Shown here in pieces: positions 41,331 through 57,814 of a stretch of DNA of 64,000 nucleotides (the first letter of the stretch is position 1; each line of letters opens with the position of its first letter). Origin of the DNA: Cercozoa sp. M6MM (Eukaryota; Protista; Endomyxa: Ascetosporea); assembly GCA_040357565.1 (NCBI GenBank), contig JBDODJ010000044.1; one strand, 5' to 3'. Made by a program: the position numbers and the translations under genes. Under the pieces are notes generated by a model. The model saw nothing but the letters and a program-made list of their open reading frames with translations, ran no database searches and was not told the DNA's origin.

Positions 41331-42877
41331 ATGGCGACGCAAGTGCGTGAGCGCAACATTGGCGGTGACCCTAATGATCCCTCGTACCGTTACAAGATGG
41401 AGGAGCTTGTCCTCAAGGTCGAGGGTTCTGGCAACGGTATTTGATTTCGTTTAATTGAGCCGCCATTCTGTTTTGTTCTGTGACGTTATTGGGGCCACAC
41501 AGGTATCCGCACGGTTTTGGTGAACGCCGAGAAGGTGGCCAAGCAGCTGCACACGCACCCGGGTTACCTGACGAAGTTTCTCGGTATTGAGTTCGGTGCT
41601 CAGTCCAAGTTCGACAAGACGCGAGTATGTTTGCCCCTGTGCGATTGGTTGTTGCTTTTGTTGGATTCGAACTGTGTTTTTGGACAGCGCGTTGGTGTCA
41701 TCAACGGTGAGCTCTCCATCCGCGATGTCAACCCGGTAATTTCTTTCGTTGAGCTTTGGTGTCAGAACTCGCTGACCCTGCGTGTTTGCGCAGTTCGTGG
41801 ACAAGTACGTCGAGATGTACATCTTGTGCCCGAAGTGCAAGCTGCCCGAGTTGAAGACTGTATTTTGAGCTGCGTTGTTTCGCCTTAACTTTGGGCGATA
41901 GTTTTTTGTGCACGCAGGGCATTCTCGTGTCGCGAGAGCGCATCATGTACAAGTGCCAGTCGTGTGGTAAGTCGGGCGCCATGACCAGCAGTCACCGTCT
42001 GTCGTCCTACATGATCAAGCACCCTTACAACTACCGCGTACCAGAGCTTTGTTGCTTCAATTTTATGGTCGGTGTACACCCAGCTTTTGTGCAGATCAGT
42101 GGCGGTAAGAAGAGCGAGACGGTTAAGGTACTCCTTTCACATGGAAAGTTAATCTGCTCAGCCCGACGTTTGACGCACTTTGGAAACAGGACCGCCGCCA
42201 GCGCAAGGCTGCCGAAGAGGCTGCCAAGGTATATCTGCGTCTCTTGTGCACTCCCTGCACTCGCTATAGATGTAAGTTGCCGTGTCTGTGAGCAGGAGCA
42301 GGCTGCTAAGTCGGCCACGCCTAAGCCCAAGGTGAAGAAGGAGAAGGAAGAGGTTGAGTGGATTAGTGACACGTCGCGCGAGGCCGCCTCGCAGCGCAGG
42401 TATGTGCTTGCACAGACACCAGTGCGCATCATATGCATGCACATCGTGTGTGCACAGACGCGATGAGATGGCCACGATGTCGCGTGCCAACCAGGCTGCT
42501 GTACCCTTTGTGTCTACCATTTCATTTTGTGTACCTCACTGATCCGTTTATCAAAATGAGCTTAGGCCTCAGCGGCGACATCATCGCAACCGTCTGTTCG
42601 CGAGAGCGCCGCCGATGTAACCTGATTTTGTTTGATGGATTGAGAAGAGAGAATGTCAGAAGAGAGAATGTCACACTGTGTGTTTACCAAGGTGCTGCGC
42701 TCGTTCTTGCAAGATTCGGCCGACGTTTCGCTTGCCGACAAGGTGCCAATGTCTGTATGCGCACAAGCTTTGTATCGTTAATATAGCATGCGCATTGTAG
42801 GTCCTCGAGATTAAGCGTGTCACTGTGGCTCGTGGCTACGACGACACCAAGCGCATGAAGTACACTTGGCCGCTTGT

Positions 42878-42927
<50 letters not shown>

Positions 42928-43619
42928 AATGGCGATTTTGCGCGCAGGGTGCTGCTGCAGGCGGCACTGCAGCCCGAGAACGTCAGTGGTGTCATGAAGC
43001 GTCTTCAGGTACTCCTGGGTCTGGCCGGTTGCTCGCGTGTGTCTGAGGAGGTTCTCTGTTGTGTGGCGGACGTAGGCGCACACGGAGCTGCTTGCCGTGT
43101 ACACGCAGAACGAGCAGCTCACGGCGATTTTTTTGGGCTGCTTTGAGGAACTTGTGTCGATGATTGTACCTTCTCTCTCTCCTCTCCCTCCATCTCTCTC
43201 TCTCCCCCTCCCTATCTGTGTGTCTGTGTCTATGTCTGTGTCTGTGTCTGTGTCTGTGTCTGCGTGGGTGTGGGTGTGGGTGTGGGTGTAGGCGCGTTTT
43301 AATGAGTGTGTGTCTTGCAGCAACCGAAGCTCCTGACGCGCGTGCCGATGATGCTGCAGATTTTGTACGAGGGTGATGTGCTGGAGGAGGAGGACGTGCT
43401 TAAGTGGGCCGAGCAGCCGTACGAAAACGCATGGATTGTCGGTCGTGATGATGCCAAGAAGGGTATGCACGCTATCCATTGTGCTTGAAGGGTCTTTTTT
43501 ATTGGATAAACTACCGTGGCGCAGTTCGCGAGGCTGCCAAGCCGTTCCTTGACTGGCTCGCTGAGGCCGAGAGCGATAGCGACGAGGACGAGAGCGATGA
43601 TGACGAGGAGGAGGACTAA
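41331..43619 (+). CDS. EIF5: Translation initiation factor eIF5, 16 exons
   Basis: DPSYRYKM, EGSGNGIRT, TKFLGIEFGAQ, zinc finger CPKCKLPE..CQSCG, W2 domain LYEGDVLEEEDVLKW..PFLDWLAEAE; all 15 introns traced in frame. Confidence 0.96.
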
Positions 43620-44177
43620 ACGAGACCAGGGCATTTCCGACCTGGACTGGTTATCTTCAAGTTGGGCTCTAACGCAATGCCGCCGCCAACTTTGAGTTCT
43701 CGCCCGAGACTCAGGCTTTTCTTTAACTATTAATACTAGCTAATACTAGCTGAACATAGTACACATTGCCGGACTTGCGCCACAGCAGTGCAACCCCCGA
43801 CCGGACGAAAGGAAATGATGATCTGGTGTTGGTTGGTTCCTTAGTGGACCGAACAACATTGACAGTTGGCGCTGTTGACATCAATGATCTCTGCCACCAC
43901 TGATCAAAATTTGATCGATAATTATTGAGAGAAATGAACCAGAGCTTAGTATTGTACAGTGCTGCAGTGTACTGCACATTGTCATCATTCTGGTGCGCGT
44001 GTGTGTTTGTGAAGACCGCTGACGAGTAACAGGATATCGAAATAGCACAAGTTGTCGGAGCGTGCGATTTGTTGCCGCTTTTGCTGTTTCTGGGTTTTGT
44101 TTGTCTGTGTCTGTGTCTGGTCTTTGTTTAGTGGGAGCACTATCACGATATTTGTGCTTTTGTGTGTCAGGTTCTAA

Positions 44178-44890
44178 ATGTCGTTTGCCGGTGAACTAGT
44201 TGAGAATTTCGCCGATGTCGGTGGGATTGACGAGCCTGCTATGGTAACCAGTTTGTACGAGCTGTGAGGCTCTGCGCCATCTGTGTCTTGCAGTTCGCCT
44301 ATCTCGAGACAGACGAAGCCTATCAGGATATTGGCTCAAGGTACCACGACTTTCGAGTGTACTGATAGCCATTCAGTCTCGGTTTCTTGTGCCAAAGCTT
44401 GATCGAAAAGCTCAAGCTGCCGTTTCCTCAACCTCCTCCGAACAAAAGTTGGATTTTTCGCATGAACGTATTTGAAGCTCCGACAATTCAACATAAATGA
44501 AATCACATTCGGTTGTTTGTGTTGCGAAGAAGGAAGTTGTGGCAGATGTACTAAAGGGCATCATTGCGGTACGTCGGTTTACCTTGCACACGTTTCTTAA
44601 ATGCGTTGGGTTCACAGAAACGCACTGGCGCTGAACTGAACGTTATTTTGAACGACGACGACTTTGCCTCTGCTTCGGTAAATGTACATACACGCTGCGG
44701 TACTCCCATATGCTTGACTTGCAAAACTACTTTCTGACAGGAATCGGATGTGGAGTCTCAACGCAACCACAGAACGGCATCAGTTTCCTCTGCCGCGTCT
44801 TCCAGTTCTGCTTCGTCCTCCAGTTCTGCCGCTTCGTCGCGTTCAGATGTTTCTTCTCGTGTCGAGCCTCCCACGTACCTCGCTTTGTGC

Positions 44891-44959
<69 letters not shown>

Positions 44960-45074
44960 CTGCCTGCAGTTGAGNNNNNNNNNNNNNNNNNNNNNNNNNN
45001 NNNNNNNNNNNNNNNNNNNNNNNNNNNNNNNNNNNNNNNNNNNNNNNNNNNNNNNNNNNNNNNNNNNNNNNNNN

Positions 45075-45123
<49 letters not shown>

Positions 45124-46643
45124 ACGTATAAAATTTAGCTCCCCCTTGGAGATGACGGTAACTGCTGCGAGTCCCACCAACCGCAGTGGACTTTATAACA
45201 GTGGTGTCTCTCGTACCTATGAAGCTGAGGCTGAGGAAAGCGGGTGTCTTGACGACTATGAGTGGGACCCTCGTGAAGCGATGGTATTGTATCTCCGTGG
45301 CTGGTTTTACGTCCCGCTTATAAAGCGTACACGCTTGCAGAAATCCGGCTGCCTCCAGTGGCTCGTTGTGACTGCTGCCTCCTTCGCGGGCCTTTTGTGC
45401 CACGTCATCATCGTCGCTTTTGCGAAATCGAACGCGGAAAAGGGTTGGCCAGCGGGCCTGTTTCCAGGCCTGATGCCACTTTGGATCACACCGTTCGTAA
45501 CTTGAACTTCCTTCGTCTGTTTGGATCGAGCTGTGCTTCATTTTCGATTTGATGAGTAGCTGATTTTTGCTTGCTGCAAGTCTTGCAACATGGATTATCG
45601 GTAACCCACGCTTGCCATAAAGTCTGTACTGTGTGTGGTTTGATCTGTGCATTGTTATTGTATATGCTCGCAGTCCCTACTCGAGAATCCTGATGCTTTC
45701 GTCCATTGGTACCTCTCCCATACCTTCAAGCACCTATCGATATCTTATCCTCGAGTCCTAAAAACGACACAAATGACCCAATCGTGTGTGTGCATTGTTT
45801 GTTCATGGTTGAAGGCTTTGGCGTTGCTTTTCTCGGTTCACTCATCTTTGGTGGTGTCGCCGCAGGTTTCATGGTTGCATACGAGCGCCAGGTGCAATAT
45901 CCCCTTCAAGTCAACGTGCGAATGCTAAGTACCTCTGGTGTGTGTGTGTGTGTGTGTTTTTAGAACAACTACGTGCCAGCGGGAGCCGTATCTTCCGTGA
46001 CCCAGACGCTGCCAACAGAAGCCATTGAGTCACGTGGCTACTTTGGTATTTCATTGAGCATAAATTTATGAGTACAGCATAGACAGCTTCGCTATGTTTT
46101 TTTTTTGCACAGTCGACTTACCTCAGGACATCTTTGTCAATTGTAAATTTACTTGGGGCTACGGGCGTGCTTTTGTTGTGAGATATGTGTAGACTCGCGT
46201 GCGAAGCGAGTGGCGACAAAGGGCTCCCTTTCCTATACAAACCGTGTCTGCGGTACTTTGTTGTTCGGTCGTCGTAGTTGATCTGCTTTGTTTTATTTTT
46301 TATTTCAAATCAGTGGCCCCCATTCATCAACCTGGACTGCCCAACACAAACTATTTCATGGTTTGTTTTCTTCATTCGCTGAAGTGAAATTTAACAAAGG
46401 GTGCTTGTGCAGACGTTTGATGCTGAAAACGACATGAAAGGCAACTGCAATCTCACGAGCTCGACGAGTCTCGAGAAGGTCTTTCGCTTGGCCATGGAAG
46501 AGCGAAGTGTATTATTCCCATTCGAGTTTTTTCACAGTCTCATTGTTCATTTACTTTCTCCATTTTTTGTTTTCTGTTTGCAGGGAAATACAACATTCAT
46601 GAAGTTTGTCTTTTCGACCAAAGAAACAGCGAGCGATGTAGCG

Positions 46644-46696
<53 letters not shown>

Positions 46697-47118
46697 GCAT
46701 GGTATTTCGGCACTTCGTTTGCAGTTGGCACGAGAAATTGCTCAAGAAAATGGCTTCTCGACGTCAGACCCTGTCTACACTGTATACCTACGTTTTTCTA
46801 ACCCTTGTGTTTTGTGCATGCATCACACTCGCATTGGGTGTAGGTTTGGGGCAGAGACCCGCAGAAAAAGCAAGACAAGCGCAAAGCTATTATTGATGGT
46901 ATAGTCATTGACTTTTTCACTTATACCGGTACGCTCAGATTTGCGTTTGTCCAGGAATGTTGATTGGAACGCTGTGTTTCATCGCCGTGGGCGTTATTGT
47001 GCTAAGCTGCTGGACTATCGGCATTTGCAAGTTGGTAGCATCTCTGCATCAGCAGTCTGTTATAGTTACGCTGTGCCCTTTATGTCTTTCTAAACAGGAG
47101 GACTGGGAGATGTACTAA
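44178..47118 (+). CDS. Unknown multi-pass membrane protein (possibly two genes joined across the gap at 44975-45074)
   Basis: GT-AG exons; Ser-rich linker; hydrophobic segments WLVVTAASFAGLLCHVIIVAF, FGVAFLGSLIFGGVAAGFMVAY, MLIGTLCFIAVGVIVLSCW; ends EDWEMY*. Confidence 0.55.
46646..46692. repeat. (CT)n microsatellite, intronic
   Basis: Read directly. Confidence 0.9.
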
Positions 47119-47269
47119 TTAACTGAGGCTGTCCGTTGGACTGGGCTGTTTTCTGGTTTAATAAAAACGTTAACCCGCCGCGCCTGCGCTGAGTGAGAAT
47201 GGGTGCTCATTGTGCACGCCTCTTCCAAAGCGGTCGCGCTCGGCTGTTCAAACTAAGACTAAACAAACA

Positions 47270-47716
47270 GCGATGTATAACACTCCGCTCCATAAGAATC
47301 ACATCTGTCTGAGTTCTGGTGCTCCGCGTGGAAGAAAGCTATTCATTGAGCACTTTGAGAAGTGTGGTGTATTGTGTTTGTCTGGTATCCTGACCTCTCC
47401 GGGAGTGTTGCTAACCTCCTCACCCTGTGCTTGGTAGACTGACCTCGAAAGAGCAAGACTTTGCTCCTTTCCTGAAAAGGCTCTCTACTCACCAGGTAAA
47501 GCACCTCTCCAGGCTCCAGTCCTTGCACTCTCACGTAATCCCTGTTGCTGTCTTCCTAGCACAGAGAGCCTTTCTTTTTCTCCTTTACGTCCCTCCTTCT
47601 CCTTCCTTCCTTCGTCTGACTACCGGGCCTCTCATCCTTCCCGACCAGTCTACTTCCTGTAGTTTGCCGACCCTATCTTGGGGTAACTACATCTGAACTG
47701 ACTACGTCTACTGACT
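47270..47716 (+). mobile_element. Degenerate non-LTR retrotransposon 3' end (family B)
   Basis: NTPLHKNHIC (T-x2-H-x4-C), TCCGCGTGGAAG, pyrimidine-rich UTR, TTTGCCGACCCTATCTTGGGGTAACT, tail AACTGACTACGTCTACTGACT; no TSD found. Confidence 0.55.
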
Positions 47717-47942
47717 CAATTCTTCTTCACATCGATTCCATTTCGTTTGTTTCTTTAGTCTTTTTCCTGGCATAGTACTGTTTTGCACTACCAAAGCCTC
47801 AATTTCTGAAAGGCTGCGGTAACACAGTAAGTTTTTAGTACTTTACTTAGATTCTACTGTTTTCAATTAACTAAAACTAGCGTAGTAGTACGATGTGTGA
47901 CCCGGCAGAGATACCCACCGCACGGATGCATGTGGATGCGAG

Positions 47943-49495
47943 TTAATCGCCGAGCATGGAGTCGCCGAAATCAATCATGCCGGAGTTGTTGACATCCATC
48001 GAGATGTCCTGCACCATCGCCTGAGGCGCGGCAGCAGGTTGCTATTTGAAGCACAGGAGAACATCACAAAACCCATACACATTCACAGGCGGGCAAACTA
48101 CCTGTGTGTTGCGAGAGGAGACAGCAGCGGGCGGGTTGAAATGCGCAAAGCCCACGTTGCGTGTGCTTGCACTTTCACCTGCTATGGGTACAAGGTACAA
48201 TGATGTAGGTCACATAAAAGTGAGAGGCGTACATCACATCGCATGGTACCAATGTCTTCGAGAGAGTACTCGGCGTTGGGATCAAAGTCCTCCTCGTCCT
48301 GTATCAGGGATAGGATGAGTGAATTGGGTTTAACTGCAAAAAGAGCAGTATACGTCCTCGGCCATGTCGCCTTCATCGTAATCATCCGAGTCATCTTGAT
48401 CGCTCTCTTGCTCGGCTTCCTGTTCCAACACAAGTGATTTAGGAAGGAAATGAATCGGAGGAACGGTACATTCTGGGCCAACAGTGCGTCCTCGCGACTC
48501 ATAGGCGGGTAGTATGCGTCCTGATTCTGCAGAGGGGAATGACAGGGTAGACACAGAGTAGTGCAGTAAGGCGAACCATCTCCTGCTGCGTCCACGGGAT
48601 GTCGCGCTGCGTAACCTTGTATTTATCTGCAATCACGCGCTCGGCCAGCGACCTGCACAAAAAAGGTAGCCGGCCAATAGTAGATCACGTTGAATGGAAG
48701 AAGGCGTGATGTAGGTGTACCAGTCAACAGCCTGGGGCAACAAATTCGCCAGCCCGGCCTTGTAGTCGTGCCTCTTTAAGCAGCAAACAAAGTGTAAAAA
48801 GAGAGTACAGGGACAGGGTAGATCTACGAGGCAGCTCACCATGTAGTAGCCAATGCGCATGAACTCATGGCCGCAGTAGGTGCCAACCACGGAGAGCACT
48901 GACATGTCGAAGATATCAGACTGGGGCACCTGAGGGATGGGAGGAGAGAGGTACACAAGGGGCGCAAGGCAAAGAGGTTCAAGGAACTACCTTATCGATC
49001 GGGAATTTCCCAGAAATAACGAATCGCAGCTTGCCTGCTGCTGGCACACCCACCGACAACTGCATACAACATGCACATTGCACAGGTACATCTAGACACA
49101 GGGTATACCTCTTCGAGAACGATAGGAACACCGCCGCCACTCCATTCGATACGCTAAAGTACGTTTACAAAATCATACACACTAGAAAGGAAGGAAGGGA
49201 CAAAGTGAAGGTACCCAATCCATATCATTCGGCAGTTTCGTCGCGGCAGTGAACCACACCTGAAGAAACGAGGTAGCTGGGCGAAGCAACAAGGGACGGG
49301 TAGTAGTACCCTGAACTCAATCGGTTCGTCGATCCGGGAGACGTATGAGTTAAGACGCACCTTGGTCACCTGTCAGACAGTGTACACATGGAACGGACAC
49401 GAAACCAACGAAACCAAACGCTCCAAAGCCATAAATAGCGCCACAACCACAAAACACCAAACGCTCACCTGGACCGCCGGCTCTGCTTGAGACAT
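47943..49495 (-). CDS. ASF1: Histone chaperone ASF1-like, divergent, with acidic tail
   Basis: VQ|VTKVRL..PIEFR, VLEE|LSVG, DIFDMSVLSVVGTYCGHEFMRIGYYM, YKVTQRDIPW, acidic C-terminus. Confidence 0.8.
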
Positions 49496-50664
49496 ATTAG
49501 CACACGTCCGCACACTCTGGTCGTTTACGAAACCCGAGACGACGTATAAGAGTGGTGCCTTTTTGTTTGGTCAACAAAACTCAACAGAGCTCTCCTTATC
49601 CTGTCCGGTCTCGTTTTTTCTTGAACTTGTTTTTATCGATATTGATACGGTGCTTGTACCCGGGACGACATTGTACGTACCAGCACAGGTAGTAATCAGG
49701 CTTTACCGCACCCCCTCATCTCCAGGGCCTAAGAGTCGAAACGCGGCAAAATCGTACGAAAAAAGGGTGATGCACAGCCGAAACCTTGTCGTGCAGCGCA
49801 CACATTTGATTGTGCTGATGCACTTGCTGCACTGATAATATGTTTGAAAGCTGGTGTATCGTATTGTGTAAGTTGAAGATGTCACTGTATGTATGCTGTA
49901 GCTTGCGACAGTACCTCGGATTGGAGGTTTTGTACGCATTGCTGCGTGCTATTCGTGACCAACTGCAACTGGTGCGTGGTGTCCTGACTCGCAACCCTCC
50001 TATGGTACTTTCCCTAGCCCCCTGTCTCTGTTTTCTTCACCTCGTTTGCCCGATCGAGAAGAATGGTTTTCTCGGGGTCATTGCATCGGTTCAATGAGAA
50101 ACATCGACTCGGGTGATCCCAAAGGCCTACAGTTCAAAAATTCATCTACGGGACCCCCCGCCCCCCTGCCTGCCCCTTCGTTTTATTTTCTGAAACAGTT
50201 GCCTGCTACATTGTCGCTGCTGCTGCTGATGCGGACGCAGCTTGTTCAACGGTCGGAGTGAAGTGTTCACGGTCGGAGCGAAAAATTTTTCTACTTGATA
50301 ATATTCCCTAGCGGCATTTTCGATCAATTTCTTCTCATTCCTATATCATTGCTACTTATGTCAAAACGGCGTACTACGATGCTACAGGCGATATCAGTTG
50401 TTGTAAATTGTTATTTGTTTTTGTTTTACGAACATCTCAGCAGCTACCCCAAAAGGAAAAAGGCTGCCGGACATTACGAAAATGCTGCCAAAGTCTAGAC
50501 GTTTTCTTGCTTTTTCGCACGCTGTAGACATTTTTAATGTTATCGGCCGTTTGTACTTTGGACATTTTTAAGGGGTTCGGTTTTATACATCTCAGGCTTT
50601 TTCCTAGTAGCTCAGGATCGTGGTTTGTGTTTCCGCTTGTGTAGGAACAAAGAGAAATCCAAAA

Positions 50665-50766
50665 ATGCAATCAGAATCGGATGAGGATCGCCTCATGCAC
50701 ATTGCCAAGATGCGTCGTTTGGTGCATTTGTCTGAGTTGGGTGTCCGGGTGCATGAAAAACAAAAA

Positions 50767-50814
<48 letters not shown>

Positions 50815-50917
50815 NNNNNNNNNNNNNNNNNNNNNNNNNNNNNNNNNNNNNNNNNNNNNNNNNNNNNNNNNNNNNNNNNNNNNNNNNNNNNNNNNNNNNN
50901 NNNNNNNNNNNNNNGTG

Positions 50918-50971
<54 letters not shown>

Positions 50972-51570
50972 CTCGGCAGGAGGCCAGACGTCCCATCTTG
51001 GACGTGCCGCATGTCGGGTACAAGGGTCGAATCTCTGTTGTTTGCACCGTGTGGCAGTTAGTTTGACTGGGTTGCAGTGGCTTGTCACTCGCGCTAAAAG
51101 GGCCGCAGCCAGTGCAGGATCGATCGGCGAGGTGCTTTTTTAGTTGCTTCTGTCGAGTGTTCTCGGTGTCTGTGCAGTTGCAGTGTCACGAGTGGTTGCA
51201 CAGAGAGATGCACCTGCGACACGAGCGTGAGTACCGTGAGCGAGGCCTTCGGCGTGTCGTTGAGGCCCTCATCATTGTGCACGATCGTGGTCATCCACAC
51301 CTGTAGTCTTGTGCTTAGCTGTTGTTTTTGGTTTTTGTATTCGCTATCTTGTGCTTTGTCGCAGTGTCCTGCAGCGACTTGGCGACGACAGAAAAGCCTT
51401 CTTCCGACTGTACCCTTGTGCTGGCGTTCTCTCGCGGGAGGTGTAGAGGGGGTAAAGGGGCTAACTGTGTCTGCTTAGGCCAGGCGGTGCACTGCGAGCG
51501 AATGAGTCCGAACTTTCCGGCATGCAGCGAAAGGTGCAGCCCAGCCTTTGTGGAGGTGAGGCACATTGTG

Positions 51571-51618
<48 letters not shown>

Positions 51619-52372
51619 CAACAGTTGAGGGCACGCTTGATGCCAGACGACTTGACGGCTCCCTTCAGATTCAGTAAGCGTTCAATTTGTGAGTGTTGGA
51701 CAGCGAGAGGCAGGGGATGCTATCGACACAGACATCCGTGCCTGCGTGTCGACATGGTGGCAGACCGAGTTTGATGGACCACTGTACCCGTACTTGCCGC
51801 CGCACTGCAGTGCCCCTAAAGAGGTTAACGACCCCCCCCCCACCTCCTATCATGTTGATCTCTCACTGGATGACAGGTGCGCAAACTTTTCCTGGTGGAG
51901 GTGCCACCAAAGGAGCTACTCGTGTGTCCCGGCAACTACCGTCTCGTTGCAGTGCCTTTCATGGATCTCCACGACAGGTGCACTCACTCGACTGCGCTAT
52001 CGGGGGGGGGGGGGGGGGTATCTTGTGTACTTGTGCGTGTAGTGCCAAACGATTCGGCACAGTGATTGCTGCCGTGCCCACGCTGCTGTCTAACTATGAG
52101 TTGTACCTTCTTGATACCGTCTCTGTATATTATAGATATACTCCGTATCTTTACTTTGTCTCAGCCGATTCCTTGAAGCCAAGCCCGAGGAACAGCAGAT
52201 GGAAGACGACGCTAACGAAGTCGAAGAGGTAAAGCAAAGCCAAGCTTCTGACAAGCCCAAGCTTGAGACGACGACGACTACCAGTGAACCAGGTCGTGGC
52301 ACAGAAGAACACAAGCAAGAGGATACGATGAAGGAGGAACCCGAGGAGGAGGACACTGACCCGTGGGCCTAG
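50665..52372 (+). CDS. NUDT21: Cleavage factor Im 25-kDa subunit (CPSF5), spans a gap
   Basis: GLRRVVEALIIVHDRGHPHL, FFRL|PGG, WWQTEFDGPLYPYLPPHCSAPKE, KLFLVE, NYRLVAVPFMDLHD, FGTVIAAVPTLLS. Confidence 0.9.
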
Positions 52373-52662
52373 AGGGTCGAGTGATGTCGTGATTATCCAA
52401 TTGGCAAGTTGTAGGTTAGGAGGGGATCTCCGCTAGCGTACGTAGCGCTCTCCCTTTCCGAGTAACTGTTAAAGTTGACTTTCCGCGTCCGGTCGCGTCG
52501 CGATCGGGTTAACTGGTACGGTGGTACCGAACGCAATGAACGCACTGGCAACCCAACTATGCCAGCCCTAGAGCTTAAGCACCGTCGTGTCTTGTCAACT
52601 CGACTCAGTCCGTCTTTCGTTTCAGTTTTATTTCGACTGGAGTAACGTCATTTTAGCCAGGA

Positions 52663-54590
52663 TTAATCATATGCAAGGAAGTCGGCACGTTGGCAGTAGC
52701 TGGTGGCAAACGCGCGACCCATACGCGTCGGCTGCGAGAAAGCGAGTTGCTCCAGCGCAAGTGAGCACTACAGGCAGGAACAGAAGTAACAGAGGTCCCG
52801 GTACACAGAAAAGCAAGTGCACCTTGCCATCGTCAGAGCGCAGGATTTGACTCTTCTGCAGCGCCTCTTCGACAAAGCTATCTCCAACCGCGAGGTCAGC
52901 GCACTCGTTTCGCAGCGTATCCAGTAGCTTTCGCATCACGCCTGGAACGAAAGAAACCGAAAAACGCTCAAAGTTGAAAGCCTGATACAACTAACTGCTA
53001 CGGCAATAAAACCCTTTCGTCGCATCGACTTGTGCGTCCACATCGCCTTCACACCGACACGACAAGTGTCAACAGGTCCATTCGCGACCTAACAGACTCA
53101 AAACAAGCCAAACCTCTACAAAAGCTTACATTGCACAGGCACAGACAAACCAGAGAAACAAACCTCAAGCAACGTGCGATCGGACTCGTTTGTTTCAGCA
53201 GCACGATCCACTCGCACGCGGTAGGCACTGAAATGAGCATAAAAAGAAATCCACAACAGCACAGAACAATAGAGGTACCACGGCACTCGTTCGGAGATAA
53301 CAACGCCCATAACGCGCAATTTGCGCACATAAAGCAATGCCTACGGTCGGTAAGTGTGTGAGACAAAAATACGTTGACCCACAAGCATAATTTACGGTAC
53401 CAAAGATCCACGTTCGAGGTTGCCGGTCGTATCGTCAAACCCAAGCACGGCAAGCGCGTGAGACACTGCTTCCCGAACTGAGCCTGTGTGTATCGACGAA
53501 ACTTGTCAAGTCCTTCGGGGCATGCAATTTAACATCAGAGTAAACTACGCCGGGTTTGCGGTTTGGTCTCGGCGCGTTCGTTGAGCGAAGCGAAGTCAAA
53601 CACAGCGACGCGCGTTGCTTTGGCTAGTTTTCCACTCTCTGCAAAACACAAGCCAAGTGATACACACAAAGACAAAAAAGACAATACCATGATAAACACA
53701 CCTGTTTGTGCCAACTCGAGGGAACGATCAAAGTCGAAGATGTCATCGCTAACGTCGCTGACACCCCTTTTCGCATTCGCCAGGGCGAAAAACGAACGCA
53801 GCGAAGCCTGATTCTTTCTGCAAGATGCCAGATTTTATGAAAAATGTTCAAAAAAAACAAGAAAGGCTGCACATCAAATTTACTTGCGTTTCGGCGCGCG
53901 CGGAGTTATGACACGAACGGCATCGGCGTAACACGCTTCTGCAAACTTGGCACCCTTGATCGCGCGGTCGTGCGTGCGACGGTGCGCTGGATCATCTTCG
54001 GTCATGCCACCGACCAGCTGCATTTAGAGCACAATCTCATCACACAGCGGCAACAGAACTGTGCAACAAAAAGCCCATACCATCATGCCGCACTCGTCAC
54101 AGCGCCTCGCGGCAAACTCGCTTCGCGTATTGCGCTGCCCAAGCCGCAGTGTTGTCTGCAAACTCTTGTCCGTGTCTGACTTTAACGACACTCCGTTTTT
54201 CGTGGTTTTTGTTTTCGCTGCTGTGGTTTCTGCGTCGGTGTGCTTCGTGAGACGCCGACGTTTCGGAGTCGGCTCGTTTGTAACATCCCGAATACTGCCA
54301 CCACCTGTCCACAGCAATTTTACATACTCAAATCACGAGTAGTAACTAAAAAATCCACCAACAGACGCGTTTCGCCGCAACAACACGTCGAATGCGTTCT
54401 GTGATCCGCTCATGGAACTGCTTTCTGTACGACGCATTCACATGTGCCAGCAAACATGGTGGCAGTGTTTGATGGGTGAGTTGCCATATCATATCGTGAG
54501 CGTACCAGCAGAGTCACGGAAGTCTGCGTCATCATCACTACTGTCGGCGAACAGACGACTGTTAGTCATTGGAACAAGCTCCCCCGACAT
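52663..54590 (-). CDS. ECO1: Cohesin acetyltransferase Eco1/ESCO
   Basis: QTTLRLGQ..CDECGM..EDDPAHRRTH zinc finger; VGVKAMWTHKSMRRKG|VMRKLLD; LAFSQPTRMGRAFATSYC. Confidence 0.88.
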
Positions 54591-54917
54591 GACTGTGTTT
54601 TCCTGTGTGCAACAAAAAAGGCATCCCGAATAGAAATATGGTGCCAAAAAGCCGGCACCAAAAGCAGTTATGGCGCTGCACAGCCAATGTAACACAAAAG
54701 CGCTGCCCTCTGCGGCTGTGCTGTCCTGTATCGTCTCTGTCTTTTTTCTGCTGAGTGACCACTTGAACACAGGAAAAACTAAATTGACATTGAGTGCGGT
54801 CGTGTTGCGTCGTGGTAGAAATATCGGTAAATTCACAAACTGTCGTGGCCAGGCGCGCTCCCGAAGTAGATAGGGTACTGGCATGGGACTGTTCCTTCAC
54901 CCAGGTCCGCAGCCGCG

Positions 54918-57572
<2,655 letters not shown>

Positions 57573-57814
57573 GCTAGGATTGGCGGCTTGAACAAGCACA
57601 GTGCTGCTATGCGTGCGCTTGCAGGTTGCGACGCGCGATCGGCGTGACTATGTGCCGAGCAGCCTGCAGCCAAGTTGGAATCGCGAATGATTCCCTTGAA
57701 AAACGCACCTTTAAAGACGAGACTTGGGATACTGTCTTTGACATCATTCACACATTCAAGCTTAAATAAGCTAAGGCAGCGCATTTTAAATTGTGCACTG
57801 ACGTGATCACAACA

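Noticed and set aside
49640-50100. Exon-like plus-strand blocks between ASF1 and NUDT21
   Set aside because: No start codon and no consistent reading frame or motif could be assembled.
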